Shown: positions 1-8,890 of the stretch, piece after piece
How the letters are laid out: the number at the start of each line of letters is the position of its first letter
Position numbering within the stretch: position 1 is the stretch's first letter
Assembly: GCA_964423875.1 (NCBI GenBank)
Contig: CAYRGS010000002.1
Location: 14,062 to 78,061 of the forward strand
Length of the DNA stretch: 64,000 nucleotides
Direction of reading: 5' to 3'
Origin: an uncultured bacterium
Lineage (GTDB): Bacteria; UBA8248; JACPRG01; G963555815
The notes under the pieces: model-generated
What the model saw: only the letters and a program-made list of their open reading frames with translations
Databases searched by the model: none
Told to the model about the DNA's origin: nothing
Translations under genes and position numbers: made by a program

Positions 1-868
1 CTTTGGCGAAGCACATGATGTCCGGCTGAATCCCATACGTCCGGCTGCCGAACCAGGTCCCGGTCCTGCCGAAGCCGGTAATGACTTCATCAGCGATGAA
101 GAGGATATCGTTCGCGGTGCAGATCTCCCGGCATTTCTTCAGGTAGGTTTCGGGCGGAATGATGACACCCGCGGCCCCCATAATGGGCTCGGCGATGAAG
201 GCGGCCACGCTGTCCGCCCCCTCGAACGCGATGGCGGCGCGGAGCGCGTCCGCCGCCGCCTCGGAGACCTCCTCCTCCGACAAGCCCTCGCCGAAATCGT
301 TTCTGTAGCAGTTGGGCTCGGCGATGTGGCGGAATCCGGGCAGGAGCGGCTCGAACATCCGGCGGTTGGCCGTCATGCCGGACGCCGACAAGGCCCCGAA
401 TGTGACACCGTGATAACCATTTTTGCGTCCGATGACCTTGTACTTCCCCTCCTTCCCGAGGTTCCTCCAATACTGGCGCACCATCTTGAGGCCGGTCTCG
501 ACGGCCTCGGAGCCGCTGTCCGAATAGAACACCTTCCCCATCCCCTCGGGCGCGGCCAGCGCCTTGAGCCTTTCCCCCAGCTCGATGGCCGGCTGGTTCG
601 AGTAACCCAGGAACATGCTGAAATAGGCCATCTTCTTCATCTGTTCATAGACGGCTTCGATCACCTCCTGACGGCCGTAACCGACGTTGACCAGCCAGAG
701 GCTGGCGTGGGCGTCGAGGTACTTTCTGCCCGAGGCATCGTAGAGGTAGCACCCCTCGGCCCGCTCAAAAATGAGCGGGCCGTTCTCCCGAACAATCTCC
801 ATCTGGATGTAGGGGGTCCAAAGAGCCAGGCGATGCGCCTGGTCCAGGTCGGTGAGCGTCCTTGTCAT
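1..868 (-). CDS. Class III PLP-dependent aminotransferase (omega-/acetylornithine-type), C-terminus cut by window edge
   Basis: My reverse translation from the ATG at 866-868 gives MTRTLTDLDQAHRLALWTPY..GYSNQPAIELGERL..FYSDSGSEAVETGLKM..GYHGVTFGALS..FIAEPIMGAAGVIIPP..LFIADEVITGFGRTG..IQPDIMCFAK. These are the conserved class-III aminotransferase blocks, including the Schiff-base Lys. There is no stop in the window, so the ORF is absent from the ORF track. Confidence 0.85.
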   Translation of the reverse strand, partial: MTRTLTDLDQAHRLALWTPYIQMEIVRENGPLIFERAEGCYLYDASGRKYLDAHASLWLVNVGYGRQEVIEAVYEQMKKMAYFSMFLGYSNQPAIELGERLKALAAPEGMGKVFYSDSGSEAVETGLKMVRQYWRNLGKEGKYKVIGRKNGYHGVTFGALSASGMTANRRMFEPLLPGFRHIAEPNCYRNDFGEGLSEEEVSEAAADALRAAIAFEGADSVAAFIAEPIMGAAGVIIPPETYLKKCREICTANDILFIADEVITGFGRTGTWFGSRTYGIQPDIMCFAK

Positions 869-939
869 GTCGGCCGGGCTCCAATTCCCAGATGTAAATA
901 AGAAGTCTTCGTTTCAAAGTTTCAAACGGGTGGCCCCCG

Positions 940-1827
940 TCAGTCGATGGCCTCGCCCGTTGTGCGCTCCAGCTCGGCGATGCGCCCCTGGAGATCGAGG
1001 GTAATCGGCCCCGGACATGGAATCAGGCGGCCGTCCACTTCCGCGACGCCGTGGACCCGGCTGAAGGAGGAAGTCAAAAAGGCCTCGTCCGCGGTGTAGA
1101 GATCATAGAGAGTGAGGTCGACCTCCTCCTCCGGGATCCCCTCCCAATCGGCGATTTCCAGGACAGTCCGTCGCGTGATTCCATCTAGGATGTGCGTCTC
1201 TACCGGAGTCCGGATTATACCCTCTCTCACAAGGAAAATATTCTCCCCGGGGGCCTCAGCGATAAAACCCCGGGTGTCCAACAGAATGGCCTCGTCGTAG
1301 CCCGATTCGATCGCCTCGATGCGCGCCAGGACATTGTTCAGATAGTTCAGGCTCTTCACGCGCGGCTCGAAGCACTCGGGCGGAACTTTTCGGACGCCCG
1401 CCGTCTTCAGCCTGAGACCCCGTCCCTGAACATCGTAGCTCGACCCCGTCTTGGCGGGGGGTGTCGGGTTATGCAGCAGGACAGCCAAGGTCGGGGTCTT
1501 GACCACCCGAGGGTCCAGGACGGGATAGCCCTCCCCGCGCGAGACGACGAGGCGGATGTAGACGTCCTTGACGCCCGAGCGGCGAACCGCTTCTTTGACG
1601 ATCTCGGCGATCCGGTCTTTGGACTCGGGGAGCTCGAGACGAAGCGCCCGCGCGGAGCGCTCCAATCGGTCCAAGTGGTCCCGGAACTTGAAGAGCCGGC
1701 CGTCACGGGCGGTCAGACTCTCGAAGACACCGTCGCCGTAGAGAAACCCATGGTCGAAAGCGGAGACCTTGGCCTCGGCCGCTTCGACGAATTCACCGTT
1801 GACATAGCAAATGAACGGCATGGACAA
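940..1827 (-). CDS. Fold-type IV aminotransferase (branched-chain-amino-acid / D-amino-acid aminotransferase family)
   Basis: 295-aa ORF with FDHGFLYGDGVFESL near the N-terminus and the block GENIFLVREGIIRTPVETHILDGITRRTV, both typical of IlvE/DAAT-type enzymes. Confidence 0.85.
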   Translation of the reverse strand: MSMPFICYVNGEFVEAAEAKVSAFDHGFLYGDGVFESLTARDGRLFKFRDHLDRLERSARALRLELPESKDRIAEIVKEAVRRSGVKDVYIRLVVSRGEGYPVLDPRVVKTPTLAVLLHNPTPPAKTGSSYDVQGRGLRLKTAGVRKVPPECFEPRVKSLNYLNNVLARIEAIESGYDEAILLDTRGFIAEAPGENIFLVREGIIRTPVETHILDGITRRTVLEIADWEGIPEEEVDLTLYDLYTADEAFLTSSFSRVHGVAEVDGRLIPCPGPITLDLQGRIAELERTTGEAID

Positions 1828-1927
1828 GTGGTCCGTCCTTGTTATCAGGATCCAAAGTCCGCGCCTACCCTTGGATCACCCACGACTCCTTTTTCCCGCA
1901 TGAGCAAACCAAAGCAGAAACTCGGGC

Positions 1928-1972
1928 GTAGCGCGAAGGCTAAGGGTCAACCGACCCGCGCCTCCGCGCTAC
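1928..1972. repeat. Intergenic palindromic (REP-like) hairpin
   Basis: gtagcgcgaaggc (1928-1940) pairs with gcctccgcgctac (1960-1972) at 12 of 13 positions. The 19-nt loop contains GGGTCAACCGACCC. Parts of this element recur at 7655-7671 and 13759-13775. Confidence 0.4.
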
Positions 1973-2097
1973 ATTTCCCATTCAACGAATTAACCAAACG
2001 GGACTCCAACCCGGATTTCCCACAAACTCATGGACGCAAGGGGTGGTGGAGGGGGGAATGTCCAATAGCGGGTACACTCGTTCCCGAGAGCGGCCAC

Positions 2098-2928
2098 TTA
2101 TTGGGCTTTCCCGCCCCCCAGCAGCCTCCCGAAGCGTTCGACCGGCCCGCTGCAACCCAGGGCGTTCAGCGCCTTGTGGAGGATGGGGTTGAACTGGGTG
2201 AGGACGGGGACGGCGAATTCCGCCTCCAGCTTTTCGATGGTGTCCGAGGCCCCGTGCCAGAGGGGGCAGGAAAGGTAGATTGCCTCCGCGCCGGGCGCCG
2301 CCAGGAAGACCTCTTTTCCCTTCTCGTAGGGGGTGTTCTCCCGGAGAGCGAGGATTTCCCCGTGGCTGTTGGTGTGGTAGCCGGAGATGGCCGTGACCTC
2401 CAGGCCCGCCGCCTCCAGGTAGCCCCATGCTCATTCTGGTCGTCCCGGTGAGGGGTCCCCACTGCGACCTTCTTGATCCCCATGTCCTCGAGGGTCTCTG
2501 TCACGGCCGTCATGGCAGTCGTTGCGAATTTTCCGGTGGCCTCTTCGATCGATCTTTCCAGCTCCTTTGTCCAGCGGGGACCCATCGCCGCCTGGATCAG
2601 GTCTCCCGTGACGGCGAAGAAATCGAGCGCCTGGTATCGCTGGAGCTGGAGGACGTCCGCTATCACGCTGTTCTGCTGCCCCTTGAAGTCTTCCACGTCG
2701 AACCGCCCGGGGTGAAGCATCTTGCAGTGCCCACGATGTGGTGTAGATGATCAGGTTGATGTCCGCGGGGACCATCCGGAAGAAATCCTGATAGGTTTTG
2801 TCCACGGTGTCCGGCGTCACCCAGCCGATGGTCGCCTTCCAATCGTCGGTCCAGCCTCCATGGCTCCTTCCTTCTCTGGGATCTTCAAAGGTGTTGGATG
2901 GGTTAAGCGTCACTTCCCGCCAACACAC
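2098..2928 (-). pseudogene. Asp/Glu racemase - maleate isomerase / arylmalonate decarboxylase superfamily gene broken by two frame changes
   Basis: Family-like sequence runs in one frame from 2928 to about 2740 (ATIGWVTPDTVDKTYQDFFRMVPADINLIIYTT). It continues in a second frame from about 2740 to 2435 (MLHPGRFDVEDF..ALDFFAVTGDLIQAAMG..TAVTETLEDMGIKKVAVGTPH). It then returns to the first frame from about 2430 to the TAA at 2098-2100 (YLEAAGLEVTAISGY..AEAIYLSCPLWHGASDTIEKLEAEFAVPVLTQFNPILHKALNALG). Confidence 0.6.
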
Positions 2929-3019
2929 CGGCGAGAAATGTGTTTATGAGCGGCATTCGCCAATCCGCCGGGATCACGTCCACGGTTGTCCTGTCAAGAT
3001 TTGTCACCGATATCCCCCG

Positions 3020-4927
3020 TCAACCTTCTCCCTCGACGGCGTCGACGAACTCTGCGGGAGACGAGACCCGCTGCCACAAATAGAGCCCGACGAGGATGAC
3101 GATCCCCACCCCGTCCGTCCAGAAGGCGCCGTGGAGGAGCGCCAGCGCCCCGACGATCAGGAACCCCCGTTCCAACATCGTCGCCTGGCGGATATAAAAA
3201 CCAGCCGTGAACGCGGCAAGACAGACGATCCCCATCATGGCCGTCAGGACGGACCAAAAAATTCCGCCGGCGCTCCCCGCCAGAAGCAGGGAATTGTTGT
3301 ACACGAAAAAGTAGGGTATGAGAAAACCGGCGAGCGCATATCGGAAGGCCAACCAGCCCGTCTTCCAGGGATCGCTCCCGGCGATGGGGGCCGCGGCGTA
3401 GGCGGCCAGGGCCACCGGCGGTGTCACGTTGCAGACGATCGCGAAAAAGAAGACGAACATGTGCGTGGCCATCCGGTTGACGCCCATTTCCTCTAGGGCC
3501 GGCGCGCCCAGGGTGGCGACGATGATGTAGGCCCCCACCGTGGGCATCCCCATCCCCAGGATCAGGGAAGCGATCATCGTGAAAAACAGTGCCGCCAGGA
3601 GGTACCCGCCGGAAAGGAGCTGGATGAGGTCGTTGAGTCGCAGCCCCAAGCCGGAGATCACGATGAACGAGACGACAATGCCGGCGGCGGCCCCCGTGAC
3701 CCCGACGGAGACGACGCCCCGGCCCGCGCGGTCCAGTGCGAGGAGGAATTTCCTCGGCGTGATCCGGCTCTCCCGGCGAAAGGCCGTCACAATGAGGATG
3801 ACGATGATGGCCCACAGCCCCGCCATGAGCGCGGTGTAGCCCCGGACCAGGAAAAACACTATGGCCGCGACAGGGAGAAAGAGAAACCAGCCCTCCTTCA
3901 ACACCGCACCCGCACGCGGCAACTCGGATTTCGGAAGTCCTTTGAGGCCCAACCGGAGGCAGATGAAGTGGACCACCATCCCCACCGAAAAGAAGTACAG
4001 GAGCGCCGGAATGATGGCGGCCTTCATCACCTCCAGATACGTCACACCCAGAATTGCCGCGATGACGAAGGCAGACGCCCCCATGATGGGCGGCATGATC
4101 TGTCCCCCGGTCGAGGCTGCCGCCTCGACGCCCCCGGCCATCTCGCCGCGGTAACCCATCCGCTTCATCATCGGGATGGTGAACGAGCCGGTCGTAACCA
4201 CGTTGGCCGCGGAGCTTCCCGAAAGGGAGCCGATGAAGCCGCTCGATACCACCGCCACCTTGGCGGGGCCGCCCGAGAAGTGTCCCGCAATCGCGTTGGA
4301 CAGGTTGATGAAGAAGTTGACCGCACCCGTCTCTTGGAGGAAAGAGGAGAACATGACGAAGATGATGATGTAGGTCGAGAGCACGCCGATGATGAGGCCG
4401 TACAGGCCGTCCGTCGCCATGAAGTTCAGCGTGATGATCTCTTCCACCGAGTAACCGCCGTGGGCGATGGCCGTGGGAAAGTACCGGCCGAACATGGAGT
4501 AAAAGAAGAAGAACAGGGTGAGAATCACCATGGCCCATCCCACGGCCCTCCGGGTGGCCTCCAAAACCAGAAGCAAGACCGTTCCGCCCAGCCACAGGTC
4601 CAAATACGTCGCCGCGCCCGCCCGGATCAGGAGGTCTTCGCTGTTGGTGGCGCTGTAATACCCGATGACAACGACCACAGCCAGGCAGAAAACATCCACA
4701 CCCAGGAACCAGCAGTTGTCCGGGTTCTTCTTGCTGAGGGGGTAGGTTAGGAAGACCAGCAGCAGGATGAACGAAACGTCCAGGGAACGCTGAAAATAGG
4801 CCTCGAACACGCCGAAATACGCCGTGTAGAGGTGAAAGAGCATAAAGACGATGGCCACGCTTGTAGCCGTGCGGTTCCACCAGGATGCACCCCCCTTCAT
4901 CGGGGGCTTCAATGCCTCGTCCGCCAA
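3020..4927 (-). CDS. TRAP transporter fused permease (TAXI-type, DctQM-like fusion)
   Basis: 635-aa polytopic membrane ORF (..FHLYTAYFGVFEAYFQRSLDVSFILLLVFLTYP.., many hydrophobic segments). It lies immediately upstream of a TAXI-family solute receptor gene on the same strand. Confidence 0.85.
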   Translation of the reverse strand: MADEALKPPMKGGASWWNRTATSVAIVFMLFHLYTAYFGVFEAYFQRSLDVSFILLLVFLTYPLSKKNPDNCWFLGVDVFCLAVVVVIGYYSATNSEDLLIRAGAATYLDLWLGGTVLLLVLEATRRAVGWAMVILTLFFFFYSMFGRYFPTAIAHGGYSVEEIITLNFMATDGLYGLIIGVLSTYIIIFVMFSSFLQETGAVNFFINLSNAIAGHFSGGPAKVAVVSSGFIGSLSGSSAANVVTTGSFTIPMMKRMGYRGEMAGGVEAAASTGGQIMPPIMGASAFVIAAILGVTYLEVMKAAIIPALLYFFSVGMVVHFICLRLGLKGLPKSELPRAGAVLKEGWFLFLPVAAIVFFLVRGYTALMAGLWAIIVILIVTAFRRESRITPRKFLLALDRAGRGVVSVGVTGAAAGIVVSFIVISGLGLRLNDLIQLLSGGYLLAALFFTMIASLILGMGMPTVGAYIIVATLGAPALEEMGVNRMATHMFVFFFAIVCNVTPPVALAAYAAAPIAGSDPWKTGWLAFRYALAGFLIPYFFVYNNSLLLAGSAGGIFWSVLTAMMGIVCLAAFTAGFYIRQATMLERGFLIVGALALLHGAFWTDGVGIVILVGLYLWQRVSSPAEFVDAVEGEG

Positions 4928-5028
4928 GATCGTCCTCCGCGGAAAAGAAACGTTTCCTTTTATGGCGAATGCCGGGGAGACCCTCCGGCCTCCCCGGCGA
5001 ATCGGACTTCGGAATTGTGCGCGGTGCC

Positions 5029-6012
5029 CTACTCAGACCGAACGGTGATCCCTTTTTCCTTGAAGTAACGGGCGGCGCCGCGGTGGAACGGGACGGGGAC
5101 GCCGCTCGTGGCCGTCTTCCAACTCATTTTTTTCAGCCAGGCGAGCTTCTTGAAGGGCTTGGGCGTCTCGTAGATGGCTTTGGTAATCTTGTAGACGAGG
5201 TCGTCCGACAGCTTGCTGCTTACCGCGACCAAGCTGTTGTCCTTGATGGTCCAGGCGTCGTGTGTCTGACCCTTGTAAATCCCCTTGGGGACTTTGACGG
5301 CGAGGTAGCCGGGAAAGTCTCTGGCCATCTTGTCGGCGACCGCCTTCTTCATCCCCAGGACCCGGACCGGGAAGGAGACCTCGAGCTGCATGATGAGCGG
5401 GTTGGGGGTCGATTGGGCCAACTGGATGACATCCACCTGACGGTCCTTCATGAGGAGAACGGCGTCGCTCCAGCCTACGTGGTGGACCTTTCCGCCGGAC
5501 TTACGAATCTTATCGAAGCTGAGCCCGTGGGCGCCGAGAATACGCGCGTAGGCTTGGGTCGAGCCCCAACCCTTCTTTCCGGCGGAGGTCCGTTTCCCCT
5601 TGAGGTCGTAAAATGTCTTGATCGAGCTCTTGGCGGGCACGGTGATCGAAAAGACGGAATCCATAAAGATTCCGATGGCCCGGAATCCCCGGTGAGGCTT
5701 CTTGAAAGCGCCCTTTCCATTCCAGGCCTCACCTACAACGCCAGCGTACGTCAACCCCATCTGGACCTTACCGGACTGGATGTTCCGAACATTCGTGATA
5801 GCGCCCCCCGATGTCACGGTGGAAATCGCGCCGGGGACCTTGGCGTTGATGACGCTAGCGGTGATGGCCATGGTGGGGAACCACGACCCTCCCAGACTCG
5901 AGGCGCCGATCTTCAGGAAGATTCTCTCGGCGGCAAGGGCGCCCGTCCCGGCAAAGCCGGTTAACCCCAGAAAACCTAAAGCCAGCAAAACGGTCATGAT
6001 CTTTCGATACAT
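5029..6012 (-). CDS. TAXI-family TRAP transporter solute-binding protein
   Basis: ORF 5029..6084. The likely start is the internal MYRKIMTVLLALGFLGLTGFAGTGALAAE, which is a signal peptide. The body (LKIGASSLGGSWFPTMAITASVI..VTSGGAITNVRNIQSGKVQMGL..PFHRGAARYFKEKGI) matches TAXI receptors. Confidence 0.85.
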   Translation of the reverse strand: MYRKIMTVLLALGFLGLTGFAGTGALAAERIFLKIGASSLGGSWFPTMAITASVINAKVPGAISTVTSGGAITNVRNIQSGKVQMGLTYAGVVGEAWNGKGAFKKPHRGFRAIGIFMDSVFSITVPAKSSIKTFYDLKGKRTSAGKKGWGSTQAYARILGAHGLSFDKIRKSGGKVHHVGWSDAVLLMKDRQVDVIQLAQSTPNPLIMQLEVSFPVRVLGMKKAVADKMARDFPGYLAVKVPKGIYKGQTHDAWTIKDNSLVAVSSKLSDDLVYKITKAIYETPKPFKKLAWLKKMSWKTATSGVPVPFHRGAARYFKEKGITVRSE

Positions 6013-6217
6013 TGTGACATCCTCCCTTTTCCGTCCTCCTCGAGAACGAGAGTGAGCGGCCTTCCCCGACCGTTGGAGACTCAATTCCCCTTTGGCCTCG
6101 GTAGAGTTAGAATACGTAGAATGGTAACATTATCTAATTAGAGATTCAACCACCTTCCGAACCAGCGGATACCGCTTTCGTTCATCCGAGAGGATTCGGC
6201 GATTAGGGGACGGATTC

Positions 6218-7482
6218 GTGTCTGCCGCCGCAACGCAAGATCTGAGAAGCTTCCTGCGCAAAGTCGAAGAACGGAACTCCGCCGATCTGCTCCGCGTCAG
6301 GGATCCTGTCTCCAACCGGTTCAAAATGACGGCCATGGCCCTGGAACTCGAGCGCCGGGGTAACTCCCCCATCCTGTGGTTCGAGAAAGTCGAGGGGACA
6401 GAGTTCCCCGTGGTGGCCAACGTCTACGGGACGAGGAAGCGCTTCGCCCAGGCCCTCGGCGTGCCGGAGGAAGAGTTGTTGGACGCCTGGGTCTGCGGGA
6501 CGGGTATCCGCTCCCACCGAAAATACTGGAGTCCGCTCCCATCCTCGATTCCGTCCAGACGGCGGACGACGTGGATCTTTCCCGGCTGCCGCTCATCACA
6601 CACTACCACGAGGACGCGGGGCCCTACTTCACGGCAGGAGTCATCGTGGCCAAGGACCCGGACACCGGCGTGCGCAACGGTTCCTTTCACCGCCTTCAGG
6701 TCAAGGGCCGGGACCGCTTGGGGACGAGCCTCCACAGCCGCAGGCACCTCTGGTCTCTCCAGCAGCGAATCGAGGCGCGGGGCGAGCCCTTGGAGGTCGT
6801 CCGCTGCCGGACGGTGGACCTGGAAGTCCCGGCCCGCGCCGAGGTCGTCCTGGAGGGGCGCATCATCCCCGGCGTCCGGGAGCCGGAGGGCCCCTTCGCC
6901 GAATTCACGGGCTATGCCTCCCACGCCTCGACAAATCACGTCATCGAAGTGACCGGTGTGTTGCACCGGCGCGATGCGCTGTTCCAGGACATCGTGTCCG
7001 GAAACTCGGCCGAGCACACGGGCCTTCTTCGGGTTCCGGGCGAATGCCGGATCTACCAAGCCCTGAAGGGCATCCTCTCCGATGTCCGCGCCGTGAGTTA
7101 TCCGCCCTCCGGCGCCTGCCGGTTCCACTGTTACATCTCCATGAAGAAGACGGCCGAAGGGCAGGCCAAGAGCGCCATCTTCGCGGCCATGGGGGAAGAT
7201 TTGAGCCTGAAGTGGGTCGTGGTGGTGGACGATGACGTAGACGTCTACAACGAGGAGGAGGTCATGTGGGCGGTTGCCACGCGGATGCAGGCCGACCGGG
7301 GGGTCTTCGTGGTTCCGTACGCCATGGGGGCTATCCTGGACCCCTCGAGCCGCAACGGCCTCACGGCGAAGGTCGGGATCGACGCCACCGCCCCGCTCGA
7401 CGGCTGGACCGCGGAACGCTGCACCGTTCCAAAGGACGCCCTGCGCATGGTTCGGAAAAAGTTGAAGGCATTGATTCGCTGA
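6218..7482 (+). pseudogene. UbiD-family (prFMN-dependent) decarboxylase with a frameshift and an apparent internal deletion
   Basis: The N-terminal part lies in frame 6218 (DLRSFLRKVEE..PILWFEKVEGTEFPVVANVYGTRKRFAQALG..EELLDAWV). The rest lies in frame 6376 (YPLPPKILESAPILDSVQTADDVDLSRLPLITHYHEDAGPYFTAGV..EGPFAEFTGY..VVVVDDDVDVYNEEEVMWAVATRM). The frame switch is near 6486-6505. The junction IEARGEPLEVVRCRTVDLEVPA lacks about 40 aa that UbiD proteins carry here. Confidence 0.7.
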
Positions 7483-7549
7483 GGTCAGGTTAACCCGCAT
7501 TTCTAACAAGCCTTTTGACTTGTTGTCGAACGCGGATCAGCGGGTGCAG

Positions 7550-7680
7550 ATTCCTCGCTGCTCCCTCACACAAGATTCGGGGCGGCCTAAGGCCGGCTCA
7601 CCGGAATGACAGTTCGTGGACACAATGCCCGGTCACACTTGTCATTCCGAACGAGGGTAAACCGACCCGCGTGAGGAATT
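7550..7680. repeat. Nested palindromic REP-like element in a 530-bp non-coding gap
   Basis: Perfect 10-bp inverted repeat cggaatgaca (7602-7611) / tgtcattccg (7640-7649). There is an outer 7-bp pair attcctc (7550-7556) / gaggaat (7674-7680) and a small hairpin cggcc-taa-ggccg (7583-7595). The core GGGTAAACCGACCCGCG (7655-7671) is shared with 1944-1960. Confidence 0.45.
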
Positions 7681-8012
7681 TGCTCAAGCCGATAATCCCT
7701 GCGATGAACTCTTCGAATCCGCAACTTCCGTTCAACACAGGACGTCCATAACGCGGCATCCACCTCTTCCGGCGGAAGTGGTTGTCCCATCTGTCCACGG
7801 GTCATCCCTGGTAACAGAAGCGCCGGTCCAGGGGTGGGCGGTCCACCGGGTCGCCCTTACAACCCTTGCTCCATACCCCCTACTGCGTGCCTCCTCCAAA
7901 CAAGAGCGCAGGCAATCCTCCGGTCATCGAGCGAGGGAACGTAAATCGTGTAACCTCCCTCTTGATTTGCGCAGAGCTTCATTTTTATTTTTCTCGAATC
8001 CGACTGCGGCCC

Positions 8013-8768
8013 CTATATCGCGCACCAGCCGTCGTCCACGATGAGGTCGAGGCCGTGGACGGCCCGGGCGTCGTCGGAGGCGAGGAAGACGGCCGCGCCG
8101 GCTATCTCTTCCGTGGAGATGTACGCCCGGTTGGTCGGGGTGAAAGACTCCAACATCTTCACGAACCCGGGGTTGTCCTGAAGGTGCTGATTCAGCGGCG
8201 TCGCCGTGTTGCCCGGGGAGATGGCGTTAACGTTGATCCCGAATTTCGAGATTTCAGCCGCCAGGGCCTTGGTGATGAGGAGCACACCGCCCTTGCTGGC
8301 GCAATAGGGCACCGAGTTAGGGAAGGCGACGCTCCCGGCGATGGAGGCCACGAAGATGATCTTCCCGTACCGCTTCTCCTTCATGACGGGCACGACCGCC
8401 TGGGCCGTCAGAAAGGCCCCTTTCAGGTTAATGTCGATCATCGTGTCCCACTCTTCTTCGGTGTACTCCTCGATAATCTTGTTGATCATCCTTCCGGCGT
8501 TGCTGACGAGGATATCCACCGTCCCGAACTCGTCCACCACGTTCCGGACCAGCGAATCGACCTCGGACTTCTTCGACACGTCGCACCGCATGGCCACGGC
8601 CGTTCCGCCGCCGGACGTAATCTTCTCCGCCACACGCTGTCCGAGCTCCGGCCTGCCGTGATTCACGATGACAACCTTCGCGCCCTCTCGGGCGTACGCC
8701 TCACAGACGGCCTCGCCGATCCCCTGAGAGCCGCCGGTCACAATGGCCACTTTATCTTTTAGCTTCAT
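8013..8768 (-). CDS. SDR-family oxidoreductase (FabG/glucose-dehydrogenase-like)
   Basis: MKLKDKVAIVTGGSQGIGEA (TGxxxGIG), NAG, and the Y-x3-K motif in PYCASKGG. A GAGGGG ribosome-binding site lies upstream of the internal ATG at 8768. Confidence 0.85.
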   Translation of the reverse strand: MKLKDKVAIVTGGSQGIGEAVCEAYAREGAKVVIVNHGRPELGQRVAEKITSGGGTAVAMRCDVSKKSEVDSLVRNVVDEFGTVDILVSNAGRMINKIIEEYTEEEWDTMIDINLKGAFLTAQAVVPVMKEKRYGKIIFVASIAGSVAFPNSVPYCASKGGVLLITKALAAEISKFGINVNAISPGNTATPLNQHLQDNPGFVKMLESFTPTNRAYISTEEIAGAAVFLASDDARAVHGLDLIVDDGWCAI

Positions 8769-8890
8769 GGTCAATCCCCTCTTCGTAAGGGGGGGGCGCT
8801 TTTTGAAAGGCGTTTCCCCGCACCCCTCCCAGGGGTGGTTTTTCAAAAAAGCTCCCATAGGAAGTGCGCCTTTTAATGTCGTTGAAGTCC

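Noticed and set aside
2431-2433. In-frame TGA in the outer frame of the racemase-like gene, considered as possible selenocysteine or programmed recoding.
   Set aside because: The roughly 300 nt upstream of the TGA translate into a normal family-like protein only in a different frame. The simplest reading is therefore two indels, not recoding. I saw no SECIS-like hairpin.
2994-4880. 628-aa minus-strand ORF overlapping the TRAP permease gene in another frame.
   Set aside because: It has the same-strand out-of-frame shadow composition (R/G/P/H-rich). The 3020..4927 frame gives a coherent polytopic membrane protein.
6424-7509. 361-aa minus-strand ORF opposite the UbiD-like gene. The other listed antisense ORFs (1192..2451, 25054..26184, 27981..28988, 36398..37408, 54736..56037 and others) fall in the same class.
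   Set aside because: All lie antisense to, or out of frame with, genes that carry clear family motifs, and all show shadow-ORF composition.
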